From Dicyema japonicum (Eukaryota; Animalia; Dicyemida), in NCBI GenBank assembly GCA_011109175.1, contig RDEW01000031.1, forward strand, positions 653,216 through 717,215: 64,000 nt of DNA, written 5' to 3'. Positions 40,431 through 52,801 of the stretch are shown piece by piece. Made by a program: the position numbers and the translations under genes. Every line of letters begins with the position of its first letter. Position 1 is the first letter of the stretch. Under the pieces are notes generated by a model. The model was not told where the DNA came from. It saw only the letters and a program-made list of their open reading frames with translations, and ran no database searches.

Positions 40431-41606
40431 AATTTATGTTAATTTATGGTTTTAGATTTTTATTGTGATTCCATTCATATATTTAGAGGCATCATGGAAA
40501 TCTATTAGGGTTCTACTCTCATTACTAATTGTCTCTCATTGTTTACAGTAAATAGATTCTTGTTCTCTTTGATTTTTTGAGAATGAGGGATTTTCTTAAT
40601 TATGGTCCTTTTTACGTGATATTTTATTTATACAGGTCTTTTTGTGTATAGTTCTCCGTAGGGTTCTGTCTGCACTTGAAATGTGTCGACTTACCCTCTA
40701 AATTTCTGTTATGGACTGATTTTAGTTAAAGACAAACAAGACCCGAATCCATTTTGACGACTTTAAACTCTTTGGACAGACTTTTATAAATGAATTTATT
40801 AATTAGGGTTATTAAGCCATAACGAAATGTTTCTACCACAATATAGATTTTGTTAGTTAATATAGGATATTCGATTAAAGAAGGTAATTAGCTGTAAATA
40901 ACTGAATCGTATCCAGTCCACAAATTTGTAATTTAAGAAATTTTTCTCACAATAAAAGAATTCCTCCTCGATCTCCAATAGAGTTATGTCGTAAATGACC
41001 AACTAATTAAAATCAGGAAGAGAGAAAAATGTAATTGTTAAACAAATATCCATTGATAAAATTAGTAAATATTTACCGACAATAATTTATAAAATGACAT
41101 ATAAAATTAGTTTTATATTTTTATTTAATAGTGGTCAAGAGCTTTACTCTAAAAATCTATTTTATAAAGTGAATTATGATAAATTTAGATTAATAAATGT
41201 TTCACTTAAACTGGTGGAATCAAAAAATATTTTTAAAACTATAAATGTAGTATTGATTTTTTGGACTGAATATTGTCTTATCAAAGATGTACGGCCTTAA
41301 CAATAATTATAAAATTGGACAAAATATAAGATTGTTGGCGCATCACAATCAGTTGTGGGATTAGTTTTCACGTGGATTACCTGCTGTGGAGAAAACTGCC
41401 TAAATTTGTAGCAAACAGTATTTCCCCTACCAAAAACTGCCAAATAGTTTGCTTGGTAAGGGAACAAGTTATCGTTGCCAGATTTCTTTAATAATATAGT
41501 TGAGAGGACTGTAATAAGAAATAAGCATAAAATACCAAATACCACAAAAATTTATTTTGATAAAATTATCCAATTAAAAATAAAAATATATTTTAGTAAA
41601 ATGTAG

Positions 41607-42188
41607 TCAGCTTTCCTTTTTAAGTCTGTCATGTTGAGCCAAAACATCAACAGGAATGAGTGCCCTCAAAGAGGCAATCTCCAAATAACCAAACAGACAA
41701 CCTCTTCCAACAGGGCGGTCTTCTCAACATTTTCCTCATGGGTCTTCATGATCACGCTAATCTCAGCAGTCACATCCCTTATGAGGTGTTCTTTCACCAT
41801 ATCCATGGCCCTCTCAATCCTTCGACTGATTGATTCTTTCGGGGTAGAGCCATGGATGAGTCCATTTGATTGAAAGTTCTCCCCAATCCGATCATTGATC
41901 TTGGCTTCTTGGTTGGAAACCACAGGATTCTACTTTGGTTAGATTTATGGATAAATTAATAAGGAAATTGTATACTGTTGCAGATTTATCAACTGTTTTT
42001 GTGGGTTCGAAGTAATCCACACATTTCCATCGTCCGTATGAGTGAGTTTTTAGGGTAATCACGGTAAATCGATTTGGAAGACCTTCGGTAGCTTTTGGAT
42101 TTGTGTTCGAATGTTGGACGTCGATTATTTTGTAGCATGTTGACTTTTTCCTAATATCGGGGGAATCCGACTTGGTACTGTGCTCCAT
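41607..42188 (-). CDS. TSC22D: TSC22/DIP/bunched family leucine-zipper protein, miniaturised long-isoform type; introns of 46 nt and 23 nt
   Basis: Motif NRFTV..YGRWKCVDY and TSC box ISRRIERAMDMVKEHL...LLEE|IASLRALIPVDVLAQ. Confidence 0.88.
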
Positions 42189-42444
42189 TTGTATAACAAA
42201 TCCAGTTTTATTGAGAGACAACGTGAGATAGTAATTTAAATTTTTTAACTATTCATGGTTTTCTTAAATTAAATAATTATGATTTAATTATATTTTATTT
42301 AAATAAAAATTATTAATTATATGTTGAAAAGCAGAAATTTGTAAGATTTTTTAGTCTTATAAACATTTATTTTGAGTTATCATAAAATGATTAACTTTTT
42401 TTTCTTTGCTCAAACTTGTTAACATGTGTAGAAATGATGGAATA

Positions 42445-42760
42445 TGAACGGATGACCATCTTTCCGTTTTAAATTGGAAAGTCTCCAGTCCGTACGTTAC
42501 CTGGACGAATTCTTTCAACGCAAAGCTAAACAAGCCTGTTGGGCCACTTTGATATCGAAATGTTGAAAAGAAAAGAGTATGCTGACCTACCTTACTAAAT
42601 GATGTTTATTCTTTTTGAAGTGAGACTTCTGATGCCATTGGACCCTCAAAGTTGGTATTTCTAGGTCGACTTGAGAATCGGATTTCTCGAATCCTGCGAT
42701 CTCCGTGAGTACTGTCAGCTATTCGGACGAGTTTGACTTTCAACTTAAGATAAAATAGAC
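42445..42760 (+). mobile_element. CRE-like REL remnant
   Basis: MTIFPF.IGK, KRKEYADL, ETSDAIGP. Confidence 0.55.
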
Positions 42761-42821
42761 AGTCTTCTTTCAGGACTACTAATTGGATTACCAAATTCAA
42801 AAGTCAATAAAAAATAAAATG

Positions 42822-43515
42822 TCACAAGTCAGCAATATTATTCTCCAATCTTATAAATAAAATCATGTGAACCTCACAATCTGTCGAAAGTTAGCATTCT
42901 GCTTCTCATTGGCCACAGAACACAAATGCGACAAATACTAAATAGTTAATACAATAAAGACATTCTCGTTTATAAGTAATAGGCCATCGTTAGAAATGGG
43001 AACTTCAAGCTTTGAGGTTCCACGAATTGCCTGAATAAAGACAATCTCCTACCAAAGTTATCTTTCTAAGTTTCCTCCCGAAAGTAATCCCAGAGTTTTT
43101 GAATCCAGAAGTCAATGCCCTTTGAATCTTCAATAAATTGTTAATCTACTAGTTTATTAGCTGCTTCCAATGTACGGCAGGCCACGTGTAAAATAGCTGG
43201 TTCAAAACGTAAGATAATCCTCCCTTCGCCGAGATTGTCTCTTAAAATTGATTCAAGAGAATTGGAGTCACACAAGTCATGAGTCACATGCAACCAATGA
43301 CAGGATCTTTTGTTGTTAATCTCATTCTTGAAAAATTATGTAAAACGTACTGATATTGAAAGAGAAATTCTTCCAGAACACGAACTGGTAGTATAGTAGT
43401 CTTCGAGTTGGTTGATTTTGTTTATTATGTTGAGTATTCGTTCATCAAATGACTTTTTAATACTCAAATCAGGAGAATTTAAACAAATATTTTTAAATTT
43501 ATCAAATTGTTCCAT
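42822..43515 (-). CDS. TYW3: tRNA wybutosine-synthesising protein 3; 5 introns of 21-24 nt
   Basis: DLSIKKSFDE, YYTTSSCSGRI, WLHVTH, RFEPAILHVACRT, SGFKNSGI, AIRGTSKLEVPI, ANEKQ.AN. Confidence 0.93.
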
Positions 43516-43589
43516 TAAACACAAGGAGTTATTTTTAATTTTACTATTTTTTAATTTTTATTAATTAAATAATTAAATTTTCTTTTCCA

Positions 43590-43920
43590 AGGATACCCTT
43601 TGTCTCCAGTTTTATTCAACCTATTCCTTGTGGACCTGTGCCGAGAACATTACTCACGAAAAAGATTTTTGACACCACCATTCAGCCGGCTTTGAAAAGA
43701 TGGATAGCCAATTTTCTTTCCGGAAGAAGAGGACGTGTCTGTATAGGCCATGCAAGATCGAGGTCCCGTCTTCTACCAAATGGCGTTCCTCAAGGATCGA
43801 TTATTCCTAAACGATTTACCTTGCCCTGGAGGACCAGATTCAATGCTTTTACATATGCTGACGACTTAGTTATCGCTAGCAGGAGCAAATACGTGGATAT
43901 GGCAAAATCAGAGCTTGGTC
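43590..43920 (+). mobile_element. Jockey-like RT remnant
   Basis: RWIANFLSGR, NGVPQGS, YADDL. Confidence 0.75.
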
Positions 43921-44589
43921 CTCTGCCCCTGAAGGACTTTTCTCTTGTTATAGTCTTTTTCGTTTAGTTTTTTGTATGGATTTTTTTCAACTCCTTTGCT
44001 AACTCCTTTACTAGTTATGTTTGTATCGTCCGACCTTTACTGGCCGAAGTACTGACTTGCTGCTTCGTTTATTATATTATAGATGTATTTTTGGTAATTT
44101 TTGATGTGTCTGGATGAGAGATCAGTTTTTCCGTTGCGTATCCATTTCTTGTATTCTCAATATTATTGTTTGTAATGTTATTATGTTTCTTATGTTTGAT
44201 GTTTCGCCAAGCTGAAGGTGACAATAACCATTCTGTGATCGCTCACAGTTGTTGAACCTTCGTATGAGCTTGCGTTTATAAGAAAGCGTTTGTCATTGAT
44301 CCGGCATATAATATGTCACATTGGCAACATGAAGCCTATGGGCAACCTGTTTTTTTACGTGTTTCCATGTAGGTACTCAAATGAAACGGAGAGTACGAGA
44401 ATAGGCCTCACATTTTTCGCTTAGATAAGTTTAATTCTGATTTAATTCAGACTTTTCTTGAAAGGAAACACAGAAAAATTTGTTATTCCTCTGGACTGTG
44501 AGTCCGAGATGGAAACCCATGCCAGATCCCTTCATCTGATCTCACACAGAAGGATCAATAAAATCGAATTTCTTTGCCATTAGTCGGCA

Positions 44590-45373
44590 TTTTAAGTATG
44601 TCAGAATTCCCTTTTCCACTCATATGGACCTTGTCACGGGACTGAATTTAAAATTACTAACATTCAAACTTTATGTGAAAAATTCAGAATACATCCATGG
44701 AAGACCGAACAATCCTAGATCCCAAGTTTGTACACAAAATAATTTTTAGGGAATAGTGGAACGTTTCAATCAAACGTTGACAAGATCAATATCTAAACTT
44801 ATTGATGGAAATAAAAAATGAATTGTGTCTATTCTAGAATATGCAGTTTACTACAATACGACAATGCACTCTTTTTCAAATGAGACGCCATTCAAACGGT
44901 ATCGCGGAATTTTTGGAACAAATTCCTTACAAAAGATAGAATGCGAAAATGGTGCTACATTCAAATTTTATAATTTTAGAATCAGTGAGAAAGTTAACGA
45001 CGCTTCAACTATTTGCGGTTTTTAATTTATAAATTACAATTTTGTAGAATCCTTTAATTTTAAGATAACACCAATTGGGGGCGACGACCAATACTATTGA
45101 CGGATGAATAGACGAATGGGTGTACATTGTAGTAAGTACAATTATGCAATTGGAGATCAAGTTAAATTTTTTAATTAAGGTACGAATCGCGAAAGATTAT
45201 GAAACTAACTCGACATTGATTCTTGAAAAGTTTGAATCCAAATATTCTGATACTTGCGAAGTAGTCTCTATCTTACCTAATTCACGTGTAGAGGTATTTT
45301 TTGAATGTATTTATAGGTTGAATTTTCTGATGGAAGAAGAAGATCGGTCTCAATGTAAAGACTTAAAAAATAA
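44590..45373 (+). mobile_element. Ginger/KRBA2-like DDE integrase-transposase (pseudogenised) containing micro-introns
   Basis: GTEF, IHGRPNNPRSQ|GIVERFNQTL, YNTTMHS..ETPF, YAIGDQ|VRIAKDYETN, RVE|VEFSDG; introns 44726-44749, 45161-45179, 45294-45316. Confidence 0.78.
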
Positions 45374-45429
45374 TTGTTTTTTATAATATTAAATAAATTC
45401 TTAAAAAACAATTATTATTTTTTTTGGCG

Positions 45430-48070
45430 GAATCTTGCGGAAATCGAAAATTCCGCAAGAAATTTGAGACGGTAATGAGACATCTCCTTGATTGGAAAAC
45501 GACCGGGGTCGATAAAGTTTATAATTTCTTTATCAAAAGATGCACTTCATTGCACGAGTCTATGTGTCGTGTATTATAGAAAAGCATCACTAACCCGGAA
45601 ACGATTCCTGATTGGGCATGCAAAGGGACAACTTATCTGATCCCAAAGCTGGACAACCCCCAGTCTGCTGCAGATTATCGACCGATAACCTGCATGCCAA
45701 CCCTGAATAAACTGATGACCAAATTGGTGGCTAATGAGGTCATGAGCTTTGTAGAAGCAAATGGGATTCTTTCCGAGAATCAGTTGAGTACTGTGCGAAA
45801 TTGTCAGGGGGCAAAAGAGCAGGCTTTGATCAACAAATGCCTTTCTGTGTCTCACGGAAACTCACTTTTGTCTATGTGGGTGGATGTGAAGAAGGCTTAC
45901 GATTCAGTTGATCATTCTTACCTTGTCGAGTGCCTACACACTCTGTGTATGCCTGTGTGGTTCATCAGCTTTGTAGTAGCTGTGATGAATAGGTGGAGTA
46001 TTCATCTGAACTATAATAGGCACCTGATAGGCGAGGTAAAACTCAAGAGGGGGATCCTTCAGGGGGATAGCATGTCTCCGCTGCTCTTTGTTCTCTGTTT
46101 GGAGCCATTGAGTCGCCCCCTCAATGACCGGTTTGAGCAAATACCAGTTCATTGTGAGGGGGTTTGCTTCAGTACAAATCACCTTCTTTTTATCGATGAC
46201 CTGAAGATGTATGCTCGAACAGTCGAGGAGCTCTACTCCATGGGGGTCTGTGCCAGGGAATTCTTTGAGAGTATAGGACTAGATTTGAATTATTCAAAGT
46301 CTGCGACTAACATGCAAGTATGTAGCGAGTTAATAAGAGTCCTAAGGAACACGAAGGATATAAGTATCTGGGTGTTACCGAATCTCCAAAGTCCTTTATA
46401 ATGCCTGAGACAAAGCGACAAATTACTGAAGGAATCCGTAAAAGAGCAGCGTTATTGTGTAAGACGTCTCTAAATGCAAGGAATTTATTCCTAGAATTAA
46501 ATGAGTATGCTGTCTCGCTGCTAAACTACTACATAGGTGTTGTGGAGTTTGAGCCCAAAGAGTATGATGAGATTGATGTTATGANNNNNNNNNNNNNNNN
46601 NNNNNNATCCGTAAAAGAGCAGCGTTATTGTGTAAGACGTCTCTAAATGCAAGGAATTTGTTCCTAGCATTAAATGAGTATGCTATCTCCCTGCTAAACT
46701 ACTACATAGGTGTTGTGGAGTTTGACCCCAAAGAGTGTAATGAGATTGATGTTATGATCCGTGGAGTACTCAGAGGAAATCATGGCCGTGTGCTGGCAGC
46801 CAATAAGGAGAGACTATATTTACCCTGTGATAAATTCGGCCGTAAACTGTGTGGAGTAGTCCAACTAAGTGAGCGTATCCTAATGCGAATGCACGACACC
46901 CTAATAGCTGGTCAAGTGTGTCTGCTAGAAAGCACGCCATAATAACGACCGAGAAAACACGAGCAACCCACCTAGGCACTATCAGACCTTTTTTTGTCTG
47001 CTAAGTATGGTGTTGATGATGGTGGGCTAGTAAATGTGAAGACGTTGATCGAATTACAAAATAATAATTTGATTAAAAAGCCTTCATAAGGTCCTCTTCA
47101 GAGCATTGGACAACCCACATGTTGACCTTAAGTCGTCGACAATATGGCTAAAATACGGTGACAACTCACCTCGATCTGAGGCGTTGTACACGTATATGCA
47201 AGACCGCAATATTTTTTGGGGTCGATCAACAAATACATGTCCCCACTGTAAATCAAGGAGCATGTCGGTTGATCATTTAGCCACTCGATGTGGATCCATG
47301 CTCTGCCACGACTATGTGTGGACTTCTACTATGCAATAAGTATGGTATTCGCCACACCAGAAGATTGCGGACTCATAAGGTGCAATCTGTAGTAGAGAAC
47401 ACCAGGGTACAAATTAAGGTAGACAGTGTTATCCGTACCTCGGTGCTAGTCAAGCACAATAAACCGGACATTGTGGTACACGATAAGGAATCTGGCCAAG
47501 TCCTTATCGCGCATCCAAATGGTTATGTGGCATGCACAATGAAGAATGCGGTGTTGCACAAGAACAGTTTGTTTGCCGTGCAGAAATGGCCAAGTATGGT
47601 CCCAGGGAAGTTTCTTTTCCCACGTCCGTTTCTTCCCATGAAGGTATCTTCTGAGTTCATTTTTGTTCCAATTTTCGCATTTAGATCGCATCACGTTTCA
47701 AGACCGTTTGCAGACTGTGGAGGTAAAGAAAAAAGAAATTATGACTTTCTTGCAAACGAGATGGGGCAGATGCTTGGTTGCAAGGTCCTCGTTATTCCTA
47801 TAGTAATGACGTGGGAAGGAATTGCAACAAAGTACCACAAGGGTTATCTGAAGCAGTTGGGGGGTAGATAGGAAGCTCCAGGCCTATTTACAGTCCACTG
47901 TGTTAAAGCGGACCCTAGAGAGCCTGACACTGGAGTATAGGAGGCAGAGCCCTGAGATGCCATATGGGCAGAGTGTTCAATTGGAGAAGGCGCTCTCGGA
48001 GTTGTTTCAGCAACCAGAATCGAACCTGCCTGAAGAGGCTGGCGAACAGGCAGGCGAGGAAGGTTGTTGA
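45430..48070 (+). mobile_element. R4/Dong-like non-LTR retrotransposon (RT, CCHC, REL), 5'-truncated
   Basis: YRPITC, QGAKEQALIN, DVKKAYDSV, GILQGDSMSP, HLLFIDDLK, CPHC...DHLATRC, NKPDIVV, KLQAYLQ. Confidence 0.9.
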
Positions 48071-48129
48071 TTATTAAATATATTAACTTTTTTATTGTTT
48101 GTTAAATAAATTGGGTTAAATAAATTCTT

Positions 48130-48760
48130 TGTTAAATCTAGCAATTGCTAACTTGTTACCATGGAAACACGTAAAAAAACAGGTTGCTCATAGGCATCAA
48201 GCCACCCATGTGACATAATATAATCAATTTGGTTGTATATAGGGACTAGTTTCCATCTGGGTTTCTTCGTTCACGCATCCAAGTGGTTATGTGGCATGCA
48301 CGATGAAGAATGCGGCGTTGCACAAGAACAGTTTGTTTGCCGTGCAGAAATGGCCAAGTATGGTCCCAGGGAAGTTCCTTTTCCCACGTCCGTGTCTTCC
48401 CATGAAGGTATCTTCTGAGTTCATTTTTGTTCCAATTTTCGCATTTAGATCACCAGCAATGAATATAAGTGAGTACGACTCATATTCATTATACGTCTTT
48501 GATGATTGCTGAGTAGAATTTATCCAGTCGGTCGGGTTTTTTTGCCACTCTTCCACAGTGTGGTGCATATACATTTATAATTGTTAGTTTATTTTTATGG
48601 GAACATTGGAATGGCAAATCCAAGACCATAATTTTCGTCTCTTGTATACAGCCAATAGAAATGTTATATCTCTCTAGGTCATCACAGAGAATATTTCTTT
48701 ACTGAGGCTTAGACATTCCTCTAGCATTGAACGTAAGCTTTCTAGACTTTTTTTAACCGT
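48130..48760 (-). mobile_element. RTE-like endonuclease fragment
   Basis: FNARG, FIAGDLNAKIG, FMGRHGRGKRN, LFLCNA, YNQIDYI. Confidence 0.8.
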
Positions 48761-48856
48761 TGTACAGAGAAGAAACGAGGCACGTGACCGTTTACTCTCA
48801 CTTCATTCCTTAATAAAAGTATCAATTAAATATCGAGAGAATTAAAGTAAACAAAA

Positions 48857-49695
48857 TCAATCAAATTTTCTATTTGCCAATTCCTCCTTGGTTTCAGCCT
48901 CCAGTCTGCGAATGTCTTCAATAGTCAAAGACTTGTATTCATCTTGCCAACACCAGGCCTGTTTGTGTGCCCTCAAAATAGTTTCCCGTACACCTACAAT
49001 ATCCCTAGTCCAAACCATATGACAAAATAAAGTTCTCTGCCTTACTTCTCACAAGCATATAGTCAAATTTAACTCGGCAGACTTTATAACCACACATAGC
49101 CGTCTTTGCATCCACTAATTTCAGCCAGTCGGGTTTCAATGGAGTATTTGGATTCGTTGTAGAGATAAATTTCAAAGGGTCCTCGCTCTCCATGTACTCC
49201 CGAACATTTGAGTTACAAATGTCCAGCAATTCAACCTTCCTCGTCTTTTCCTCATCCGTTAGCTCAATAACGTCTTCAGTGTCCCCCAAATCTGAATCCA
49301 GAAAGCGTGTTTCGATTTCCAATGAGAACTTCTCAAGAAACGGACATCGATAAATGGTTTTAGTGTAGGGAAAAGCATTCCAGGCCTCTTCTTCAATATA
49401 CAAAGATGCTGGGACCATAAATTTGAGCCATGCTAAAAGTCAAATCCACACATAAAACATGGAACATGGTCGGCGATGTGATAAATCTTGTAAGTATACT
49501 GGCCAGTACCACCGGGACCATTTTTGTATGGTTCATTTTTCCGTATTTCCAAAGAACTGTTCTTACCGGTACTTTCTATTTTGCTTTTTTTCTATTTAAT
49601 AATTGTAATACTAAGACTTGGATCATGTAAAGTTGACCAATTCTGTATTCTGAGCAAAGCATTGGCATTGGAATGCGAAACTCCACAACGGTCAT
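48857..49695 (-). CDS. Class II phosphatidylinositol transfer protein (RdgB/PITPNM-type domain only); introns of 26, 26 and 22 nt
   Basis: EFRIPMP..EYRIGQLYMIQ|KKS, GPGGTGQYTYKIYH, EEAWNAFPYTKT, CPFLEKFSLEIET, MCGYK, LRAHKQAWCWQDE..LTIEDIRRLE. Confidence 0.93.
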
Positions 49696-49799
49696 TGTCG
49701 AAACCTTAGAATTTAAAAATATTTTATATATTACTTTAAAATTTATATATAAAGTGTATATGACAGGTTTTCATTATGGCATGCAGACATTGAGCTGCA

Positions 49800-50270
49800 A
49801 TGAGATTTACCTCTTATAATCGATAGCCAAATGTTCTGGAAAAGCCACCGCGTCATTCTAGGTTCACGCTTCCCCTTCCCCTCAAGTCGTCCAATTAACT
49901 TGATAAAATCTGATTTGCTCGGGCCAATAACGTCAGACTTTCAATGGAGATCAGCTGGAAAACAAATCGTTCCACGATTCTGTGGTACATCATCCTTTTC
50001 ATATATTCAGCAGTGATTGATGCGGAACCCGCGGGGAACAATGACTTAATCAAATTTATATTGGAGAAAAAGTCCGTTCACGTTATTGCGAATTTTATAA
50101 GAGATATGCAGCTTAGACCTGTAATATTTTTAATGCTATAAGTGCAGATTAGTATAACAATTTGAATACCCTTGTTTGTTTTTATTGTAACTATATTTCA
50201 ATATTATATAACCCTTGGAATCAAACTACTATGCCTATACAGAGATTTTGCAGATTTCATGTAAGGTAAG
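49800..50270 (+). pseudogene. BTB/POZ-domain gene fragment, probably a pseudogene
   Basis: DL.LIID...KSHRVILGSR and IILFIYSA; in-frame TGA upstream and a frame change not resolved by a micro-intron. Confidence 0.45.
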
Positions 50271-50329
50271 CTCCATAGAACTGTCATATTTTTCATGCTA
50301 TAAGTGCAGATTACTTTTCCAAGCAAGAC

Positions 50330-51220
50330 ATCTCCCATGTCTCCATAACATAGTTGTTACGCCAAAACATAGTTTCCATCACCTCTGTCTAGACCGAGGG
50401 GCTCCTGAAAGAAAATAACCTTCTATACCTCTCATGACAGTAGGACATGGTGTGACGAGGAACGAGGAAATGGTGGACGTGTGACGCGGGAATCTCCCAG
50501 AGCTCCGTCTATATAACAGTGGGTGTAGTCCTTTCTTTTCAACCATCCCACTACATCGGCATCGGTGTTACAACCAGACGTCAAGGTCAATTCGAAGATC
50601 AACTCCAAAAATCCAACACGGATTGTACTCTCGTCAAGCAGAGTACAAACTTCCCGTACCGTGAAGGTATTGAGCCAGGACCCCGAGTTCTCACCGGACG
50701 CTGCTGTACATTATTATTATTTAAGCCAAGGAAACACCGTTTCAACCACTAACTAATATTCAGGTGATCCCTGCATCTCTCAATAATCGGTCCATCTTTT
50801 CTCGATGCTCCGACAGTGACCCGACACATTTCTCTTCTGAAAATTCCTCCAGTTAGCTCTATAATAGACTGTGTTGTAGATGATTGTCAATTTATTGATG
50901 CTGGGCTCAAGTGTTTCAGCAGAATAAAAGGAACTCCGTCTGGGTCACACGAGTTTGTTTTTTTTCTGATTTGATATTGCTTTGGATACATTTTTGAGAA
51001 AAAAAATAAGTCAGCGGGGCCATTTTGGATGACTTTCTTTTTATTTTCGGTTGTGTGTTAATCTTTTTATAGATTTCCATATCTTTTAAGCATAGTGTAA
51101 GCACTGTTGGTTATTTCCTCAAACGGAATGCCGTTGCGGATAACTGTGAGAAGACCCCCACCAAGTTTGCCAATTCTGTCACGGCGAATTACTGTTAATT
51201 CCGGAAATACTGGTGTCAAG
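50330..51220 (-). mobile_element. Jockey/I-like endonuclease/RT remnants
   Basis: Reverse frames: IRRDRIGKLGGGLL, DLDVWL..PM, SSLSSPD..L. Confidence 0.55.
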
Positions 51221-51684
51221 AATCACAACTCGAATAAAGTTTTAGTTTTTAATTTTCAGTAATTTTTTAAAAACTTTAAATAATTATGGCAAATTTCCAC
51301 TAAAATTAGAATATTTCTTTTCTTTTTTCTTTAAAAAATGGCAAATCTGCGAATTGGCAAATTTAAGAGAGTTTATTGTATCTCCATTCTAACTACTTCA
51401 AAATATGGAAAATTTGGTTTACGTGGATAGTTAAAAACGGTTGATATTTTTAGAATCATAATAGTGTCTTCAGTAAAATATAATTTATTGTTTTCTCTCT
51501 ATCGTCTCTCAAAACAAGTGCGAAAGTCAGGTAAGTGCTGCAGAAACAGCAGTATTTTCTTTATAATTTACAGAGTTTTTTCATAAAAACTAGTACGAAA
51601 AAACATTGGAAGACATTAAATATAAAAAAATTGAGATTTATTTATTTAACCCCAAGACCGCCAAGAAAAATAGGTCAAAACTAA

Positions 51685-52065
51685 CTAATTAAGTGATCCC
51701 AGCTTCCAACAACATCCGAACTCTCTTCATTTGGTTTTTTGATGATCCAACCGCACTCCGGAAGCGTCTTCTTTTCCTTCTGCATAGGAATTCAATCCAC
51801 GTGCATTTTTTTATTACTGACCGAAATTCCTCTGCATGGACCACCTTTTCCTTGAGTGGGTTTCCCAGCTCCTTGCAGAAACGTAGGAAACCCTGTAATT
51901 TTTCAACGTCGCTTCATCAGAAACGAGGTCGCCGATAAGGATGTCCATGTGGTGCATAACTCTCCGCCTGAGGGAGTTCAAACGGTCCACTCTCGAAGGG
52001 GGAATCGCAAACCTCCAGGCGGAGCAGGCATTTTCAATGGTAAGTATGATGACTTGTTGATATAG
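51685..52065 (-). mobile_element. LINE 3' end (family shared with 25780 and 63355)
   Basis: LYQQVIILTIENACSAW; ends gggatcacttaattagtt as at 63730. Confidence 0.65.
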
Positions 52066-52614
52066 TACAAATTAACCAAAGTCGTTAACCAAAATTACAA
52101 ATTAAAAAACAATATAAAATTAATTTAAGTTGTTATAATTTAAGTGGGTTATAATCTAGATCGCTGGTAACCCCTCTCCTTCTTTTAGTAGAAGAGTGTG
52201 CCATCAACTCCCTGTTATTCCTCATCCCCACATTAGTGTCAGTCGAAATATATTTTTCATATTCCATTGGGATGTCCTCACTACATGCCAGTTCCATAAG
52301 TTGAAAGGCAGCAAAGGTGTATTATTCATCACAAACAAAATTGTATTAGCCGCATGGCGCAATGTGGTGCTATGCGGTTAGTTTGTTAAAAATTTATTTT
52401 CTTTCCCTCAGATGACTTCATTGGATACATCTTACTAGGAGACGCCCAATGCCTGGCCGGCATCAAAAGGATCCAACTATTTTTCCATCATTTGACAAAT
52501 TCGTTACCTGGACAAGTTCTTGAATCGCGGAACACGTCAAGTTCAAGAAGTTAGTTAGTTTGGTGTAATTTTTTTACAATTAATTTTATCGAGCAAATAT
52601 TGACTCAGACTAAG

Positions 52615-52801
52615 CTTTCAATTTAATACAAATCTGGAAAGGCAGTCGGCTATATGTTGTCCTTGTCGGCAATTTAATATTTAGAGAAAAGAAATCCTGC
52701 GATTGTACCCAAATGCCATTTCCTTGATTTAATTACTCAGAATCCCCGAACTCTGCAAACATATAGCCGACTGCCTTTCCAAATTTTTATGAAATTGAAA
52801 G
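52615..52801. mobile_element. MITE-like element (~187 bp) with ~45-bp terminal inverted repeats
   Basis: ctttcaattt..aaat.tggaaaggcagtcggctatatgtt ... aacatatagccgactgcctttcca.attt..aaattgaaag. Confidence 0.8.

Noticed and set aside
40800-41545. Possible spliced membrane or secreted gene downstream of TSC22
   Set aside because: No ATG-initiated, consistently spliced frame or recognisable motif found.
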